DNA of 64,000 bases, taken from Malacoraja senta (lineage: Eukaryota). A model generated the notes under the pieces. That model did not search any database. It was not told the DNA's origin and saw only the letters and a list, made by a program, of their open reading frames with translations. This document shows, one piece after another, positions 59,766 to 64,000 of the stretch. Positions within the stretch are counted from its first letter, which is position 1. Every line of letters starts with the position of its first letter. A program made the position numbers and the translations under genes. Location: NCBI GenBank assembly GCA_038087875.1, contig CM075977.1, forward strand, positions 225,556,001 through 225,620,000. The letters are read 5' to 3'.

Positions 59766-60994
59766 TATAAATGAAAAACTTTAGTTAGGGCTATTATGAG
59801 AATACAAGTGTGATAACAGTCTGTAAAAGACTTGAGAAAGAAGGATTATTTGTTCAGAGGAGAATGTAATGACTGCAATTTTGTAATTAAAGCATTAATA
59901 GGTGGAGTGCAGGGGATTTGGGTGTAAATACAGAGGTAGCTAAATATATGTGTAGTTTTGAAGTAAGTGATAAAGTCCAAGTTTCTAACACTTGCAGGAT
60001 GTGTGAGTACAAATATGGCATCCCTTTGGAAGAAGGTGTATGGCTCTCTCTACAATGACCCCCACCCAAGATCTAACTTCATTTTACTGATTTTGATTAA
60101 ACCATCTTGGTAAGTGAGGTAGACTTAAAGGATGGCTCACGCAAGATGAACAGTAAGTGGCTGTAGGTGGTTATTGAGATCACCTCCAGCAATGCTTCTA
60201 CCTGGGTGTGTGAATAATGTCGCAAATAATTCCGAGTCATGGAAGCAGACTGCTGCACTGCAAGAGCAGAGTGCTGTCAACAGGGAAGAGATTACTGCCA
60301 CCTGGGTGCTAACTGATGTACTGCAAGAGCAGAGCGATGCCATCTGAGAACAAATGTGTACTGATTTAGAAAATCCCAGCCTCCAGTTCCACAACACTTT
60401 GGAGAATTAGTGATAGGAATTTAAAAACACAGACTGCCTTGAAACTCTTGGTGGTTGCAAATATAAATATCAGCTCTTCCTCTGCATCCTGGGGTTGCTG
60501 GGCACCTTTGTCTTGTATTCATGCCTCCAGCTCATAAAGTAAATCTAATAAGACTTCCATAGAAGCACCCAGAGCAGAAAGGTGGTAACTGGCAACCTGG
60601 AAGGGTACCAGACCCAAAGTTCTAATATCATCTTGCAATAACATCGAAAGTCAGCAGACAACACTCTACAACATACCACAGAACCAGTGTCAACAGAATG
60701 AATGACCCTTTAAAAAGCAGTTGCACAGTACAACAACAAAAATACTTCTTGCGTTCGACCCTTTTTCCTTAAGAATTAGAGGAAAGTGATCTGATTTTAT
60801 CTGGTAACGTTCAAAATTAGCTTTTCATACTTGTTGTGTATCCTATAAGTGGACATCTGACATGCACTGCCACTGGTTGTGGCTGGAAGTACCAGGTTGT
60901 GGTTTGTAATTCTTGCTGATCAACATAGATTCATAGTTTCTTCAGAAAAACATCAATCTCCAATTGCAATGTATTTCAAAACACAGCACTATTT

Positions 60995-61300
60995 GATTAA
61001 AACTGTAACATCCCGGTTCAGGAACAGCTTCTTCCCAACAACCAACAGGCTTTTGAACATTACAAACTCCAACTAAACTGTAAACTATGAACTGCCTTAA
61101 TTGCACGAGGAACTTCTGGCTTTGTTTTTGCTTTTGCACAATATTTCTTTTTTCCAAATTGATTGAATTTTTTGTTGTTTATTATGGTATCGACCGTGTG
61201 CTATGTTACATACTGTTGTGCTGCTGCAACTAAGAATTTAATTGTTCTGTTTTGGGACATATGACAATATGTCAGATATAGATTATTATATGACTCTTGA
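60995..61300 (+). mobile_element. Rex1/Babar 3' end
   Basis: KTVTSRFRNSFFPTTNRLLN peptide and tail GGGACATATGACAAT. Confidence 0.8.
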
Positions 61301-61574
61301 AGTTTCCGAATAATGATGTATTAAATGGTAAAACATGTTAATTAATATTCTTGTAGTTAAACAGAAATGCTTAATAGTTTTTGTCATAATAAGATGTTAA
61401 TGAACTGAAATGTTATCTGAGATTCTCCAACCTCTTAACCTCTGAGCTATTCCAGCATTCTTGATTTTACTCACAACACATTTGGCATTTGCGCTATGGG
61501 TTGTTTCAACCCTAAGCTTCTAGCATTGCCTACTTTAACTTTCACTTTTCCACTTTGTCACCTCCTGCATGACT

Positions 61575-61885
61575 TTTAGTTTAAGAGGATACAGCATGGA
61601 AACAGGCCTTTGGCCCACCGAGTCCACATCAACCACTGACCTCTTCACACAATTCTAAGTTATCCTATTTCTCATCCACTGCCTATACACTAGGGGCAAT
61701 TTGGAGAGGCCAAGTAACCTACAAACCCACACATCTTTGAGATGCGGGAGGAAACCAAAGTACCCAAAGGAAACTCACGCAGTCACAGGATGAATGTGCA
61801 AACTCCAGACAGGCAGCACATAAGGTCAGGACTGAAACTGAGTCTCTGGCACTGTGAAGCGCAGCTCTACCAACTGTCTTGCCCC
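61575..61885 (-). mobile_element. HE1-type V-SINE
   Basis: Same tail and V-domain as the 15190 copy. Confidence 0.85.
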
Positions 61886-62749
61886 TTATTGACTCTTGTA
61901 GGATGCTCCTTAGCACTTTGAATAAACCTTTGGTCACCATTCCTTTCTGGCTTGTTGCAAACTTTTTTATGTCAATTCCAGTGCTTTGGGTAAGTCCTGA
62001 GTGCACCCAGTGATCTTGTAGACAAACAGCAAGTACAAATTGGCCTGTTGCTTAAAATAGAAGCAGTGGTACCAAGTTAAATGAGCATTGCAATCCCTAA
62101 ATATCTATTTTACTCTTTTCCTTATAACACCAAGGTATTTTTAAACTATTTAAGCTGCTCCAGCTTTTCAATCTGTTTTTATTTAGAAATAAGTCTAATG
62201 GCTTCATATTTTCAGTACCGTAGGTATCATAGAGGGATTAACGCTGGCACTAAATTGGTTATCAGCCAGTTCCAAAGGCCAAGTTTTAATCTGAAACTCG
62301 GAGATTAGCCTACTTCCATCAAAAAGGCAACCAGGTCATTATTTGACAAGCCTCATAGTATCACGTGGAGATCACCACAGAAATTAGTATTTTGCCTAAT
62401 CACTGCAATGAATGACAACTCGTTCATGGGTTAGAATGCCTCTTTAAATTTGTTTTTGAGGAGGGAAATGAGCAAACTAAATATCATTCATGTCAAGATG
62501 ATATCATGCATATAAAAGAGAGTGGTGCATTTTGACAGCTGTTTAGATTAACTTCACATCGAATAGTTATTATTAAGGATATGCTTCCAGAAAACAGTCA
62601 CATCTGTGGACACATTTTTATTTTCGTCCATAACTGATTTTCATTGTCCTGAAATATGATAGATATTACGTAAAAACAGAACTTTGCGTAGATTTCAGAA
62701 AAGTTTTGGATAATTGATACAACGTTTTAGATTCCAGTTCAGTTTATGA

Positions 62750-63600
62750 TCTATCAGCATTTGGATAGGTATAGACTGATTAGGAATAGTCTACATGGTT
62801 TTGTGAATGGTAAATCGTATTTCACAAATCTGATGGAGATTTACCTAGAGAATTGATAAAGGCTTTCCTGATCGGAGGAGGCCTCTGACCAGTGGTGTGC
62901 CACATGGGTCAAAACTGGGTCCATTGCTGTTTGTTGTCAGGTGGACAGTGTAGGGAATAAGACGTTTGGTGTGCTTGCCTTCATTGGGAAGAATATTGAG
63001 TGCAAAGGTTGGGATGTCATGATGCGGCTCTACAAGTCTTTGGCGAGGCCTCACTTTCGGTATTGTGTGTAGTTTTGCTCACCCAATAATAGGAACAATA
63101 TCATTAAGTTGCAAATGCTGCAAAAGAGATTCACTAAGATATTACCTGGACTTGAAGACTTGAATTATAGGGAGAGGGTAGATAGGCTGAGACATTTAAC
63201 TTTGGAGCGTAGGTGAACTTATTGTGGTGTACAAGATCATGAAGGGCATGGATAAAGTGAATACTATCTTTTCTCCAGGGTAAAGGATTCTATAGCTAGA
63301 GGCATTGGCTTAAAGTGAGAGGGGGAGAGATTTAAGAAGGACCTCAGGCAACTTCTTGACTCAGAGTGTAGTTGGAACTGGAATGAACTTCCAGAAAAAC
63401 CTATAGAAGCAAATCTAATTATGACTTTTAAAAGTCATTTGGACAGATATATGGAAGGGTTTAGAGTTATGTGCCAAATACAGGCAAATTGGACTATGCC
63501 AACTTGATCAGCATGGACAATGTGGGCCTAATAAATGCAAACTTGAACTTTAACTTTAACTAAGAACCTGTATCCATGCAGAACAGCTCTGTGACTCAGG
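62750..63600 (+). mobile_element. Degraded CR1 LINE RT/3' region
   Basis: HGFVNGKSYFTNL and TSGVPHGSKLGPLLF motifs, with 3' UTR similarity. Confidence 0.8.
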
Positions 63601-64000
63601 GCAAGTGGGCAAATGGGATTTAGAGGGGTGATTTAGAACCAAGATTTTGTTCCATGCAAATGGGTGAGAGTGTTTACCAGAGGGGGTGATAAAACTGACT
63701 AGTGTATTGGCAAGAACCTAGACCGAGACTAAATAAAGTTGACTGGGAGAGAGCAAATTGTTGGAATCTACTAAGTTAGAGTGCAAAAGAAAAAGACGAA
63801 CCAGAGGATAAAGAGATAGACTGCCTTTGCAGTGTTTGCTAGACTGAGGTGTTGCACTTTAGTATATCGAACTAGTGCAGAACGAGGTTACAACAAAGAC
63901 TCTAAATTACTGGCAGTTTGCAGGAGATGAACAGATTTTTGGGGTATTGACTGAATTAATATCATGAGGCCAAAGAAGGAAGAGTGGAATCTTTTTAACC

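Noticed and set aside
60130-60660. Purine-rich, coding-like stretch with repeated CTGCAAGAGCAGAG
   Set aside because: No sustained ORF or recognisable family. It is probably an old TE remnant.

Overview
AT-rich vertebrate DNA, most likely from a cartilaginous fish (skate/ray-like). This is inferred from HE1-type V-SINEs, HER1/CR1 LINEs and SacSINE/DeuSINE remnants. I found no recognisable host protein-coding exon, so the window reads as a long intron or gene desert, and nearly all listed ORFs are TE-derived or chance. It is dominated by nested mobile elements: CR1 and Rex1/Babar LINE fragments, V-SINEs, DeuSINEs and about a dozen short Penelope-like (PLE) inserts, several of which keep a minimal hammerhead-ribozyme core. 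It also holds an internally deleted two-gene PIF/Harbinger transposon with related MITEs, a hAT element with an 8-bp TSD carrying a ~700-bp foldback, two Tc1/mariner (Tigger-like) MITEs, a family of GC-rich non-tRNA retroposons with Rex1-type tails, and a very old Ty3/Gypsy fossil (PBS-gag-CCHC-PR-RT-IN-PPT) split by younger insertions. A candidate 6-nt microexon lies at 46468-46473. Coordinates were read by eye. They are exact where a TSD/TIR is quoted and approximate otherwise, and family names come from recalled consensus motifs, not database searches.
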